From Chiloscyllium plagiosum (Eukaryota): DNA of 38,274 nucleotides. The notes beneath the pieces were generated by a model. That model did no database searches and was not told the origin of the DNA. It was given only the letters and a program-made list of their open reading frames with translations. Where the stretch lies: NCBI RefSeq assembly GCF_004010195.1, contig NC_057718.1, positions 991,389 to 1,029,662 on the forward strand, read 5' to 3'. Shown in pieces: positions 12,201-24,318 of this stretch. Position 1 is the first letter of the stretch. Each line of letters starts with the position of its first letter. Position numbers and translations under genes: made by a program.

Positions 12201-12859
12201 ATCTACAGTGCACCATAAGACCATCCATAGCACTGGGCAGAGAATTCCAAAGAATTACAACTCTTAGGTTGAAGAAGTTTCATTCCTAAATCATTGCATC
12301 CTTGTCCTGAGACTGTGCCCCCATGTCTAGATTGCCCAGTCAGAAGAAACCACCTTCCTGTATCTGGCCTGTTTCAATGAAATTGACTCTCATTCTAAAC
12401 CCCAAGAATCTGAGCTCACTTAGCCTATCATCCCAGGGACTAATTTAGTGTACCTTTGCTGTGCTGTCTTCAGTACAAGCAAATATTTCTTTAAATGTCA
12501 AGAATAAAGCTGTATATAATATTCCAGATGTGGTCTCACCAAGCCCCTATATAATTGCTCCAATCCACTTGCAGTAAAGGCTGACCTGACATTTGTCTTC
12601 CAAATTGATTGCTGTATCTACCTCTTAACTGAGTTACTCAAATAAGATAGGATAGTGGTGAGAAACGACTTAGGAGGATTTTGGGAGAAGTCTGATTTCT
12701 CACCACAACTGAGAAGGGGATTATGGAGGACCTGGTGCTCGGTAGGAAGATGGGCATCCAACAGGGCTGTAGTCTGGGAGGATTCTGGGAAATGTAAGCT
12801 TGCATACTATGACTGACCTAGTGTCAAAGAAACTGAAGAAGTCTCCTTCGACTCATCCT

Positions 12860-13890
12860 GAAGGCATTGACTAAAAGATAGGAAACAGAGGGGACGTGTA
12901 GATGGGCATTCTCAGATTGGAGATGAGTTGGTGTTCCCAGGAATCAATGTTAGTACCCTTGACTTTTCTAATTTATATAGATGATTTAGCAGTGGGTGTT
13001 GAGGCAAAATCTCTAAATGTGCAGATCTCCTGAGCTTCGGAGAATAGGGAATTGTGAGGATGATGCTTACCCAGTTCAGAGGGACATTGACAAGTTGCCA
13101 AATGGTTAGAAATCTGGCAGATGAATTTCAGTGTGGAGAAATGCAAGTTTAATGCAAGACCATACAGGCTTAATAGTGCAACTTTGAGGGGAGTACAGGA
13201 GCAGAGGAACCTTGGTGTTCACATGCATAATTCTCTGAAGATGGCCAGGGAAGTTGAAACAGTTGTTAAGGAGGCTTATTGGTTCCTTGGCTTTTTTAAT
13301 AGAGGCATAGAATATAAAAGCAAGGAAGTAATGCCACCCCTTTGCAATCATTGGTCAGCCCAGATTTGGAGTATTGGGTTCATTTCTGGGCACCTTATTT
13401 AGGGAAATATATTAAAACCCTGGAGAGAACTCAAAGGAGATTTAGTAGAATGATACCAGGAATGAGGGTTTTAAACATAAGGAAAATTAGAGGAATTGGA
13501 CTTATTGTCCTGGGTGCAGAGAAGATTAAGTGATCTTATTGAAATGTGTTCAAAATTATGAACAATTTTGACAGGGTTAAGAAGGATATTCTGTCTCCAC
13601 AAGGTGGTATGTCATTAACTTGGGGTAATGATTTCAAGATGTCAGCGAGAGAGCTAGAAGTGAGGTGAGGAGAAACCTCTTTGTTCAGGAAGTTTTGGGA
13701 TGAGGATGCATTGCTGGGAGAATGGTAGAGGAAAATTCTGTACAAGGTTTCAAAGAGAGCTGGATATATATTTTAAAGAGAATTTAAAGGGCTGTGGAGT
13801 TGGGGCTGGAGAATGGGAATGGTTGTAGTTCTTTTGGGAGACGGTACAGACGCATTGGGTCAAAAGGCCTCCTTCTCTATGGTAAATTCC
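12860..13890 (+). mobile_element. Old CR1-group LINE RT/3' fragment
   Basis: WQMNFSVEKCK, LGVHMHNSLK, LVSPDLEYWVHFWAPY. Confidence 0.7.
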
Positions 13891-13892
13891 AT

Positions 13893-14370
13893 AAAACAAA
13901 ATGAAACAAAGAACTGCAGATACTAGAAATCTGAAACAAAAACCAAAATTGCTAGAGAATTTCAGCAGGTCTAGCAGCATTAGTAGAGAGAAAGCAGAGT
14001 TAAAGTTTCAAGTCTGGTGAGCTTTCTTCAGAACTAGTAATAGCTCTGAAAAAGTGGTAAATATACTGAAGATGCGGTTGGGGAAGGGTGTGGGAAGTAA
14101 TAAGCGAATGGTGGAGACTTTGCCCAGAGAGAGAAAAACGGTTAGGCAGACAAAGGGATGGATAATGGTAAGCCTGAGAGAAAGAAAAGCTGCTAATGCT
14201 GGCAAATGGGAGTGTGAGTTGGCTGTGCTGAAGGCAGTTCCTGTCACAGTAGGTCCAAGCGTGTGAGGTGGGTGAAAGACATAGAGGAAGGTGTTCTGGT
14301 TCTAAAATTATTAAACTTGATATTGAGTCTTGAAGGCTGAAAAGTCCCTAAGCAGAAAATGAGATGCTGA
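13893..14370 (-). mobile_element. Penelope-like element 3' fragment (family D) with degenerate hammerhead at 13999-14034
   Basis: Minus strand GUU-CUGAAGA-AAGCUCACCAGACUU-GAAA-CUUU-AAC followed by a PLE-type tail. Confidence 0.6.
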
Positions 14371-14374
14371 CCTT

Positions 14375-15712
14375 TAAAACCTGGCAACTATAAACCATAA
14401 ACCTAACACTTCTGTGGTCAGTAGGTTACTTGAGAAGATTCTGAGGGATAAGATACAACATGAATTTGGAAAGATAGGGTTTGATTAGCAGTCAGCATGG
14501 CTTTGTGCATGGGGTATCATGCCTCAGAAGCTTATTAGAGTTATTTGATGAAATGACAAGGAAAATTGAGGAGGGCAAGACGATAGACATAGGTCTTACA
14601 GAAATCTATACAGACTTTGATAAAATTCCACATGGTAGGCTACTCTGAAAGGTTAGGGGCAGCTGGCAAATGGGATACACAATTGGCTTGATGGTAGGAA
14701 GCAGAGAGTAATAGTGGAAGGATGCTTGTCGGACTGGAGGCTTGTGATTAGTGGAGTGCCTCAGGGGTTGGTGCTGGCCCAGAGCTGGTTGTTATCTATA
14801 TCAATGATTAATAAGTTTATCGATGACACTAAAATAGGCGGTATTGTGGACAGTGAGGAAGGTTATCAGAAATTGCAGCAGGACCTTGATCAGCTGGGGA
14901 AGTGGGCCAAGAAATGGAGTATAATATAGATAAGTGTTAGCTCTTGCATTTTGGAAAATCAAATCTAGATATGAATTACATGTTAAATGGTAGGGCCTTC
15001 AGGAGTGTAGTGGAACAGAGCGACCTTGGATTTCAGGTACGTGGTTCTCTGAAAGTGGAGTCCCAGGTAGACAGAGCAGTGGAGAAGGCTTTTGGCACAC
15101 TGGCCTCCATCAGTCAGGCAATTGAGTATAGGAGTTGGGAAATTATGTTGCAGTTATACATGATGTTGGTGAGAATACAGTTGGAGCATTGTGTTTAGTT
15201 TTGGTCACCTTGCCATAGGAAGGACGTTATCAAACTGGAAACGGTGCAGAAGAAAATTACAAGAATTTTGCCAGGACTCAAGGGTCTGAATAATAAGGAG
15301 CAGTTGGACAAGCTAGACCCTTTTTTCTTTTGAGCGTATGAGACTGAGTGGGGATCTTACAGAAATGTGTAATATCATAAGAGGCTTGGGTAGGATGAAT
15401 GCATTCAGCCTTTTTCCCAGGGTTGGGGAATCGAGGACTAGAGGGCATCAGTTTAAGGTTAGAGGGGAAAGAATAAAAGGTTATCTGAGGAGCAACTTTT
15501 TACACAGAGGGTGGTACGCATATGGAATGAGCTGCCAGCGGAAGTTGTTGAAGCGGGTACATTAATAACATTTAAAAGGCATTTGAACAAATACATGGAT
15601 AGGAAAGGATATGGGCCAGGGAAATGGGGTTAGCGTAGTTGGACATTTTGGTTGGCATGGACCAGTTTGGCCAAAGGGCCTGTCTCCATGCCATAGGACT
15701 CTATGACTCTAT
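14375..15712 (+). mobile_element. CR1 LINE, 5'-truncated and decayed
   Basis: PGNYKP, SGVPQG, KFIDDTKIGG, HFGKSN; tail gactctatgactctat. Confidence 0.85.
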
Positions 15713-16044
15713 TTTATACTCTGTTTATAAGTCAGCCCTGATTCAGGTAAAATATCAGCAGCTTTGAAGGTCAGATTAGACATGATCCATGGTTTGCTTT
15801 TATCATAACCGTGGGTTCTGTTTACTCTTTTGGGTTAAATTAGTTCCAGCCAATCTACTTGGAGCACCTTTTATCTTTTGATAGTATATTGTAATTTAGT
15901 GGATAGATTAAGGCCACTTATCCCTAGACTGATGCGAGATTTTGGTGAAGTATCAGAGACACTCGGGCATCAGAAGGAGAGGCAAAAACGTCTGTTTGGA
16001 TGATCACTGTTGGTTACACTTGATCTTTTTCTGTCTCTGTGTAG

Positions 16045-16310
16045 GAGTTAGTGTTAAGGTGAGAGAGCCAAGCTCTACATTCTCTTTCTGTATCAGCACT
16101 GCACATGAGGGTATCTACCTAGACTCTTATTACCTGGACATTCACACCAAGCATCCATGCAAGATAATTCAGCACAACATACCTGCCTTCATCCCTCTGG
16201 AGCAGACAGCTCGCAAGTACCTGCAGAATGACCTTGGGCAGTTCATGGATGTGCTGCGAGATGCCCTGAATGCCTATGCCAGCAGAAGATATCAGGTGGA
16301 GCAATTACAG
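16045..16310 (+). CDS. CENPO: Centromere protein O, coding exon (first RWD-like domain; phase 1 to 0)
   Basis: Acceptor ctctgtgtag|GA, donor CAG|gtataa. FCISTAHEGIYLDSYYLD...HNIPAFIPLEQTARKYLQ...LNAYASRRYQ closely matches the CENP-O/Mcm21 signature CISTAFEGNLLDSYFVD...HSVPVFIPLEEIAAKYLQ...LNAYSGRKYQ. Confidence 0.96.
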
Positions 16311-16374
16311 GTATAATTGGTACACAGTGATTCAGCTGAATAATATTCAGATGGAATAAAGCACTCTCAACTAT

Positions 16375-16655
16375 TTTAAACTGAAAGTAAACCTTCCTTC
16401 CTGTAAAATACTCCCAGAGCAGGCACAGCAATGGTTGAGATACGGAGTAAAGCCCTCTCTAAAAAGCCCTCTCTAAAAAGCCCTCTCTAAACTAAAAGTA
16501 AACAGCAGGTAAAGCTCTCTCAACTACATCTAGGACAGGGACAGACAGACTAAAGTTTACTCTCCTATTCTAACAAAAAATAACGCTTCTTGTACACTGC
16601 CCCTACCAAGCACCCCAGGACAGTACAGCACAGGGCTATTTGATAATAAAGTGCC
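16375..16655 (+). repeat. Degenerate minisatellite-like repeat including 3 copies of AAAGCCCTCTCTAA
   Basis: Recurrent motifs ctcccaggacaggtacagca / gatacagagtaaagc; same family as 22650-22935. Confidence 0.6.
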
Positions 16656-17054
16656 ATATATATATGTGTGGATGAGTAATCCAGAGGCAGAAATTAAAAT
16701 CCCATACAGCAGCTGAGAATTCAAATTTAGTAAATTAAGTAGATCTCAGATGAAAAGTGGTCTTCATAATAATGATCACGTGACAAATGAATTATTGAGA
16801 AAACCTGCCTTATTTTAAAATTTGCCATCCTCATCTAGACTAACCTAAAAAAAAACAGCTTGCTACCACCTTCTCAAGGGTGTTTAGAGATGGACAATAA
16901 TTTCTGGCTTTGCCAGCCATGTCCACGCCCCGTGAATGAAAGCTCTCTCTGTTTTCTTCCAACAAACACTCAGAGTAGGTACTGAAAGAGTTCAAAGCTT
17001 TCCACATGAGGATTCTTTAATGCTAATTAAAGAATCATACTGCACAGATGAAGG

Positions 17055-17221
17055 GGAGGTGGCAACCTGGTAGTATTATTGCTGAGCTGCTAATCCAGAG
17101 ACCCAGGGAATGTTTTGGCAACCTGGGTTTGAATCCTTCCATGGCAGATGGTAGAATGACTGACTGCGTGTGCCCATGGTCAGTTGTCATAAATGCCCAT
17201 CTGCATCAGTAATTTCCTTAG
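17055..17221 (+). mobile_element. tRNA-type SINE, 5' part; appears to continue at 21877-21990 after the CR1 insertion
   Basis: taatccagagacccaggg...gggtttgaatcc (B-box-like). Related fragments at 16675-16940, 22110-22300, 22945-23110 and 24060-24318 (-). Confidence 0.55.
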
Positions 17222-18199
17222 CAAAGGGAGCGGTGAGTCACTGATTTGAGCTTTTAAATTTGAAGTCAGAGAGCAGAGATTTCTGGAAAAGGAGGGACTT
17301 CTTATTTTTATTTCCATCCAGCGAAATAAGTCAGTGTTTTCTCAACCAGAGATCCTACCTTCGTAGGGCCTCCCACCCAACAACCTCCGCTAACCTTAAA
17401 GACCAGAGACATATCAGGTAAGCGTCTCTTCTTTTTTACTTTGTGATAAGGGGACTAGCAGGGATGGCAGTGCAGGGACAGCTATGTTCCTCCTGTATGA
17501 TGTTTGAGGTGAAGGATGCCATTAGTGTCCCATCCAAGTACATCTGCAGGAAGTGCGCCCAACTCTCGCTCCTCCAAGACCGTGTTAGGGAACTGGATGA
17601 ACTTCGGATCATTCAGGAGGCAGAGGCTGTGATAGATAAGAGTTACAGGGAAGTAGTTACTCCTAGGCACGAAGTAAGCTGGGTAACTGTTCGAAGGGGG
17701 AAAAAACAGTCAGTGGAGGGATCCCCTGTGGTCGTTCCCCTGAAAAACATGTATGTCGTTTTGGATACTGTTGAGGGGGACGACTTACAGGGGTATGCAG
17801 TGGGGCCCAGGTCTCTGGCACAGAGCCTGTCCCTGTTGCACAGAAGGGAAGGAGGGAAAGGAGGAGAGTGTTAGTCATTGGGGACTCAATAGGTAGAGGC
17901 TCAGATAGAAGGTTTGTTGGGAACGAACGAGACTCGTGGTTGGTGTGTTGCCTCCCAGGTGCCAGGGTCCGTGATGTCTCTGATCGTATCTTTGGGGTCC
18001 TGAATGGAGAGGTGACCAGCCTCAAGTTGTTGTCCATGTGGGTACCAACGACATAGGTAGAAAGAGGGATAGGGATGTAAGGCAGGATTTCAGGGAACTA
18101 GGGTGGAAGCTGAGAGCTAAAACAAACAGAGTTGTTATCTCTGGTTTGTTACCCGTGCCACGTGATAGCGAGGCAAGGAATAGGGGGAGATTTCAGCTG

Positions 18200-18775
18200 T
18201 TGAAACTTTATTGCTGGAACAGCACAGCAGGTCAGGCAGCATCCAGGGAACAGGAGATTCGACGTTTCGGGCACAGGCCCTTCTTCAGGNNNNNNNNNNN
18301 NNNNNNNNNNNNNNNNNNNNNNNNNNNGCGGATGATGCGCTGTACATGGAGATTGGTGGGGTGGTAGGTGAGGACCAGTGGGGTTCTGTCCTGGTGGCGG
18401 TTGGAGGGGCGGGGCTCAAGGGCGGAGGAGCGGGAAGTGGAGGAGCAACAAATCCGCAGCCTCCAGCAACGGACCTCCCTCCGGATCCTCCACTCCACGC
18501 TTGCAGCCTTGCGCCGGTACCTACATTCCCTGCAACTCGACCTACCCCAGCTCAGGACAACTCTCTCACAGACCTGTAAAGGACCTCTACTGTTCTTCAT
18601 TTACAGAAGAATCCATAGACTGAACAAACAGTTCTTTCTAGCAGATTCCTGAAGAAGGGCCTGTGCCCGAAACGTCGAATCTCCTGTTCCCTGGATGCTG
18701 CCTGACCTGCTGTGCTGTTCCAACAATAAAGTTTCAACTTTGATCTCCAGCATCTGCAGACCTCACTTTCTCCTC
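18200..18775. mobile_element. PLE family A insertion with inverted terminal arms inside CR1 ORF1; 13-bp TSD
   Basis: GAGATTTCAGCTG at 18187-18199 and 18776-18788. Internal PLE ORF piece RTPLVLTYHPTNLHVQRII (-). Hammerhead cores at 18261-18288 (-) and 18643-18682 (+). Contains a 38-nt gap. Confidence 0.85.
18643..18682 (+). ncRNA. Minimal type I hammerhead ribozyme, apparently intact
   Basis: AGAUUC-CUGAAGA-A-GGGC-CUGU-GCCC-GAAA-CG-UC-GAAUCU: perfect 6-bp stem I, 4-bp stem II, palindromic ACGU, GUC triplet (predicted cut after 18676). Confidence 0.85.
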
Positions 18776-21700
18776 GAGATTTCAGCTGAACATGTGGCTG
18801 AAAGAAAAGTGCAGGAGGGAGGGTTTCAGGTTCTTGGATAATTGGGGCTCATTCTGGGGAAGGTGGGACTTGTACAAACAGGACGGGTCTTCACTTGAAC
18901 CAGAGGGATACTAATGTCCTGGGTGGGAAATTTGCTGGTGCTATTCGGGTGGGTTTAAACTAGCTCAGCAGGGGGATGGGATCCAGAGGTGTAGTTACAG
19001 TGCACAGGAGGATGAGAGTAGGAAGGACAGGGACAGGATTTCAGGGTCACAGGAATATGCTGGCAGACAGCGAAGTGGTTTGAAGTGTGTCTACTTCAAC
19101 GCCAGAAATATCCAAAATAAGGTAGGGGAGCTTGGAGCCTGGATAGGTACCTGGGACTTTGATGTAGCCATTTCGGAGACATGGATAGAGCAGGATGAGG
19201 AATTGTCGTTGCAGGTTCCAGGGTTTAGCTCTTTCATTAAGAACAGGCAAGGTGGTAAAAGAGGGGGAGGTGTGGCCTTGTTAGTCAAGGATAGTATAAC
19301 AGTGGCTGAGAGAACTTTCGATGAGGACTGAGGTAGTGTGGGCTGAGGTTAGAAACAGGAGAGGAGAGGTCACACTGCTTGGAGTTTTTCATGGGCCTCC
19401 GCAGAGTTCCAGGGAGGTGAAAGAGAGGATTAGCAACATTATTCTGGGTAGGAGTGAAAGGAACAGGGTGGTCATTATGGGGGACTTTAATTTCCCCAAC
19501 ATTGACTGGAAATGTTATTACTCTAGTACGTCAGATGGATCAGTTTTTGTCCAATGTGTACAGGAGTATTTTCTGACACAGTATGTCAAAGGGCTGACAA
19601 GAGGGGAGACCACACTGGATCTGGTGCTTGGTAATGAACCAGGACAGGTGTTTGATTTAGTTGTAGATGAGCTCTTTGGAGAGAGTGACCATAATTCAGT
19701 TACGTTTAGTTTAGCGATGGAAAGGGATAGGTACATGCCACAGGTCAAGACTTATCGATGGGGCAAGGACAATTATAACGCGATTAGGCAAGAATTAGAA
19801 TGCATAGAATGGGGTAGCAAAATGCATGTCCTTGATTGGTATGTCCCTGTCAGGCAGGGAGGAAGTGATAAGATAAGGGAACCGTGGTTTACAACAGAAA
19901 TTACATCTCTTGTTAAGAAGAAGAAGGAGGCTTATATGTTGATGAGGCAATATGGTTCAGAAGAGGCGATGGAGAGTTACAGATCAACTCGGAAGGATTT
20001 AAAGAGAGAGTTAAGAAGAGCAAAGAGAGGAAATGAACAGTCTTTAGCAAATAGAATAAAGGAGAACCCAAAAGCTTTCTATAGGTATGTGAGGAATAAA
20101 AGGATGATTAGGGTAGGAATAGGGCCAGTCAAAGACAGAAGTGGGAAATTGTGTGTGGATCCTGTGGAGATCGGAGAGGTGCTAAAGGAACATTTCTCAT
20201 TGGTTTTCACTCAGGAAAAGGAGAATATTGTAGAGGAGAATAATGAGGTACGAGATATTAGACTAGAAAGGATCGAGGTTAGTTACGAACAGATGTTACC
20301 AATTCTAGAAGGAGTGAAAGTAGACAAGCCCCCTGGGCCAGATGGGATTTATCTGAGGATTATCTGGGAAGCTAGGGAGAAGGTAGCAGAGCCTTTGGCT
20401 TTGATATTTGAGTCGTCATTGTCTACAGGTTTAATGCTCGAGGACTGGAGGATTGCAAATGTTGTGCCCTTGTTCAAGAAGGGCAATAGAGATGACCCAG
20501 GTAATTATAGACCAGTGAGCCTTACTTCTGTTATAGGAAACGTTCTGGAAAGGATTATAAGAGAGAAGATTTATAATCATCTAGCAAGCAACATTTTGAT
20601 TTCAGATAGTCAACATGGTTTCGTCAAGGGTAGGTCGTGTCTCACAAACCTCATTGAGTTTTTTGAGAAAGTGACCAAGCATGTAGATGAGGATAGGGCA
20701 GTTGACGTGGTATACATGGACTTCAGTAAAGCCTTTGACAAGGTTCCACATGGTAGGCTGTTGGAGAAAATGCAGAGGTGTGGAATTGAGGGTGATTTAG
20801 CAGTTTGGGTTAGAAACTGTCTTTCTGAAAGAAGGCAACGAGTGGTGGTTGATGGAAAATATTTAGCCTGGAGTCCGGTTACTAGTGGTGTGCCATAAGG
20901 ATCCGTTTTGGAACCACTGCTGTTTGTCATTTTTATAAATGACTTAGCGACGCAGGCATAGGTGGATGGATTAGTAAATTTGCAGACAACACTAAAGTCA
21001 GTGGAGTAGTGAACAGTTTTGAAGAATGTTACAGGTTGCGGGGGACTTGGATAAACTGCAGAATTGGGCTGAGAGGTGGCAAAAGGAGTTCAATGAAGCT
21101 AAATGTGAGGTAATGCACTTTGGGAAGAATAACAGGAAGGCAGAGTACTGGGACAATGGAAAGATTCTTGGTAATGTGGATGTGCAGAGGGATCTTGGAG
21201 TCCATGTACATTGATCCCTAAAAGTTGCCACTCAGGTGGATAGTGCTGTTAAGGAGGCATATGGTGTTATAGATTTCGTTCGTAGAGGGATTGAGTTTCG
21301 GAGCTGCAATATCATGCTGCAACTATACAAAACGCTGGTGCGGCCACACTTGGAATATTGTGTACAATTCTGGTCGCCATATTTCGGGAAGGATGTGGAA
21401 GTATTGTAAAAGGTGCAGAGGAGACTTAGTAGGATGTTGCCTGGTCTGGAGGGAAGGTCTTATGAGGAAAGGCTGAGAGACTTGGGTCTGTTCTCATTGG
21501 AAAGAAGGCGGCTAAGAGGGGATTTGATAGAGACATACAAGATGATCAGAGGATTAGATAGGGTAGACAGTGAAAGTCTTCTTCCTAGGATGATGACGTC
21601 AGCTTGTACGAGGGGACATAGCTACAAATTGAGGGGGTGATAGATTTAAGACAGATGTCAGAGGCAGGTTCTTTACTCAGAGAGTGGTAAGGGCATGGAA

Positions 21701-22442
21701 TGCCCTACCTGCTAATGTCATTAACTCAGCCATGTTAGGAAGATTTAAACAATCCTTAGATAAGTACATGGATGATGATGGGATAGTGTAGGGGGATGAC
21801 ATGAGAATAGTTCACAGGACGGCGCAACATTGAGGGCCGAAGGGCCTGTTATGTGCTGTATTGTTCTAGTTCTATGTAAAGGAAATTCGCTACCTTTATC
21901 TGGTCTGGTCTACATATGACACCAGGCTCTGATATCTCGACTGCCCTCTGGGCAATTAACAATGGGGAAAACAAAAATGGATCCACGTCAAAAGACAATT
22001 TTTTTTTTAAAACCATGTATGCTACCACCCAGAAGAATAAGGAATGAGCAGAAATGATAAATGGGAACAACACCATCTGTAAGCTGCCCTCCCAGCCATT
22101 CGCCAGCCTGATTTGGAAAAATATGTTTGTTCCTTCGGTGTTGCTGGGTCAAAATTCTGGAACTCTTCTTTGGCAACATTGTAGGTGACCCTACATCCCC
22201 ATGGACTGTACTGGTTCAAGACGGTGGCTCACCACCATCTTCTCAAGGGTAATTCGGGATTGGCAACAAACCTGGGCAAGACAATGACATCTACATTACT
22301 TTGTACTCTTTGTTTATTTTTTCAAGTAATTAAGCACTCAGGACTGGTAGAGTAGAAATTAGGTTCAGAATGAAGTTACCGCTACACTACTGACCAATAA
22401 GTTTACAATAAGCTAAATACTAATAATGTCACTCTTTCCCAG

Positions 22443-22614
22443 GTGCACTACCATACATCCCTGACGGGCCAGGTACAGAAGAATGCTGCATATAACTTGT
22501 TGAAATTTCAGTATCCCATTCAGTGTGGGGACATGCGTCATGACGTCCAAGTGAAACTGGTATATGAGGATCTTGCATGCTACCTTCCGACTGAAGTCAC
22601 ATTGACCTGTACAG
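22443..22614 (+). CDS. CENPO: Centromere protein O, coding exon (phase 0 to 1)
   Basis: Acceptor ctctttcccag|GTG, donor ACAG|gtaaga. LTGQVQKNAAYNLLKFQY...KLVYEDLACYLPTEVTLTC matches CENP-O LTGPLQRNPLCNLLSFTY...RLLYKDLTATLPTDVTVTC. Confidence 0.95.
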
Positions 22615-22649
22615 GTAAGAACAAATAGGAGTTGGATCCCAATACGTGG

Positions 22650-22935
22650 TAATTGTAAACCTCAGGAAGGTACAGTATAGGGTTAGATACAAAGTGTCCT
22701 CTATACTGTCCCCATCAAATACTCCAAGGACAGGTACAGCACAGAGTCAGTCACAATGTAAAGTTTCCTCTTCAATATCCCCATCAAATATTCCCTGGAC
22801 ACATATAGCACAAGGTTTGATACAGAGTAAAGTGTCCTCATCTCTTTTAACTGAAAGTAAATCTCCATCTATGCTTTTAAACTGAAAGTAAAGCTCCCTC
22901 AACACTGTTTCCATGATACATTCCCAGGACAAATA
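22650..22935 (+). repeat. Degenerate ~67-bp tandem minisatellite
   Basis: About 3-4 units of gatacagagtaaagtgtcctctatactgtccccatcaaatactcccaggacaggtacagcaca. Confidence 0.7.
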
Positions 22936-23459
22936 TGACCCAGGTGAAAATCCTAGAAATTCCGCCCAAATGGAATTGAGTGCCCCTACACCAAATGAAC
23001 TGTAGTGTTTTAAAAATGTGGCTCACGATGACTTTTTCAAGGGTAACTAGAGATGGGCAATAAATGCTGACCTGACCTGTGATAGTAACATCCCATGAAT
23101 TCTTAAAAAAAAATCAACAGGTGGAAGTATTAGCATTAATCTCCTCATATTATGTGTTAGTCTTACTGAGTGAGTGGGGGAGGGGTTTGAATGAGGATGG
23201 AAGAGAGTCGTATTGGGCAAAGCAGCTGGTAAAAATGCGAACAGTTTTTGTCCTTTTATTTGAGGAAAGATAAACTGGCATGGGATGCATTCCAGAGGTT
23301 CACTAGGCTGATCCAGGTATGGAGAGTACTGTCTTGTGAGAAGTTGGTTGGGCCTGTATGCATTGGAATTTAGAAGAATAAGGTATGATCCCATTGAAAT
23401 ATAACAAATTCTCTGGGGACTTGACAGGGTAGACATGAAGAGGTTGTTTCCCCTTGTAG

Positions 23460-23590
23460 GAGAAAGTGAGGTCTGCAGATGCTGGAGATCAAAGTTGAAA
23501 CTTTATTGCTGGAACAGCACAGCAGGTCAGGCAGCATCCAGGGAACAGGAGATTCGATGTTTCGGGCACAGGCCCTTCTTCAGGAATGAC
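23460..23590 (-). mobile_element. Single-arm PLE family A insertion (131 bp) starting at the hammerhead; 15-bp TSD
   Basis: TGTTTCCCCTTGTAG at 23445-23459 and 23591-23605, within an old LINE 3' end. Minus strand AUUC-CUGAAGA-AGGGCCUGUGCCC-GAAACAUC-GAAU. Confidence 0.85.
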
Positions 23591-24318
23591 TGTTTCCCCT
23601 TGTAGCAAAGTCTGGCACCATATGACATAATCTCAAGGTAAGGGATCACTCGATTAAGACAGAGCTGAAGGATTTCTCTTCTCAGAGGGTTGTGAATTTA
23701 TGGAATTCTTTCCCGTAGAAGGCTGTTAAGGCTAGGTCATTCAGTATATACAATGCTGGAATAGGCAGATTTTTAATCAGTAAGGGAATGAAGGATTATT
23801 GGGACAAGGCAGGGAAGTGGAATTGAGAATGATCAGATCAGCAGCCATGATCTCATTGAATGGCAGAGGAGACTTGATGGGCTGAATGCACTACCTCTGT
23901 TCCGACATCTTACGATCTTCAGGGTTTGAGCAATGGCTAAGAAGAAAACAAATGAGAAAGATCGAAGTATCAAGCAAGCAAGATGGAGAGGGAGGGAGGG
24001 AGGGATTGAACTGAGCACTGGATTAAGTGAGGGATTCTGTGGGAGAATATGTTTTTTTCCTTTGTTTATGGGATGCGGGTTTTGCTGGCCATGACAGAAT
24101 TTATTGCTTATCCTGAATTACCTTGAAAAAATGGTGGTGAGCTGCCTTCTTAAATTGCTGCAGTCCATGTGCTGTAGGCAGATCCACAGTGCTATTAGGG
24201 AGGGAGTTCCAGGGTATTGACTCAGCAAAACTAATGGAACAGTGAAATGTTTCAAAGTTGGAGGGGAACTTGCAGGGACTGGTGTTCGAATGTACCTGTT
24301 GCCCATGTCCTTCTAGAT

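Larger units (their letters stand above)
17222..21876 (+). mobile_element. Near-full-length CR1 LINE (5'UTR, ORF1 zinc finger/zipper/esterase, ORF2 APE+RT), inactivated
   Basis: ORF1: CSSC..CRKC, LQDRVRELDELR, LVIGDS, GTND. ORF2: YFNARNI, ISETW, MGDFNFP, SDHN, YMDFSKAFDKVPH and a 525-aa open stretch at 19321-20898. Several stops and frameshifts; TTCTATG-type tail. Confidence 0.93.

Noticed and set aside
19321..20898. 525-aa ORF as a host or domesticated gene
   Set aside because: It is an internal piece of CR1 ORF2 bounded by frameshifts and stops (GVP* in place of GVPQG).
22650..22935. CRISPR-like array
   Set aside because: Eukaryotic context; degenerate tandem units with no unique spacers.
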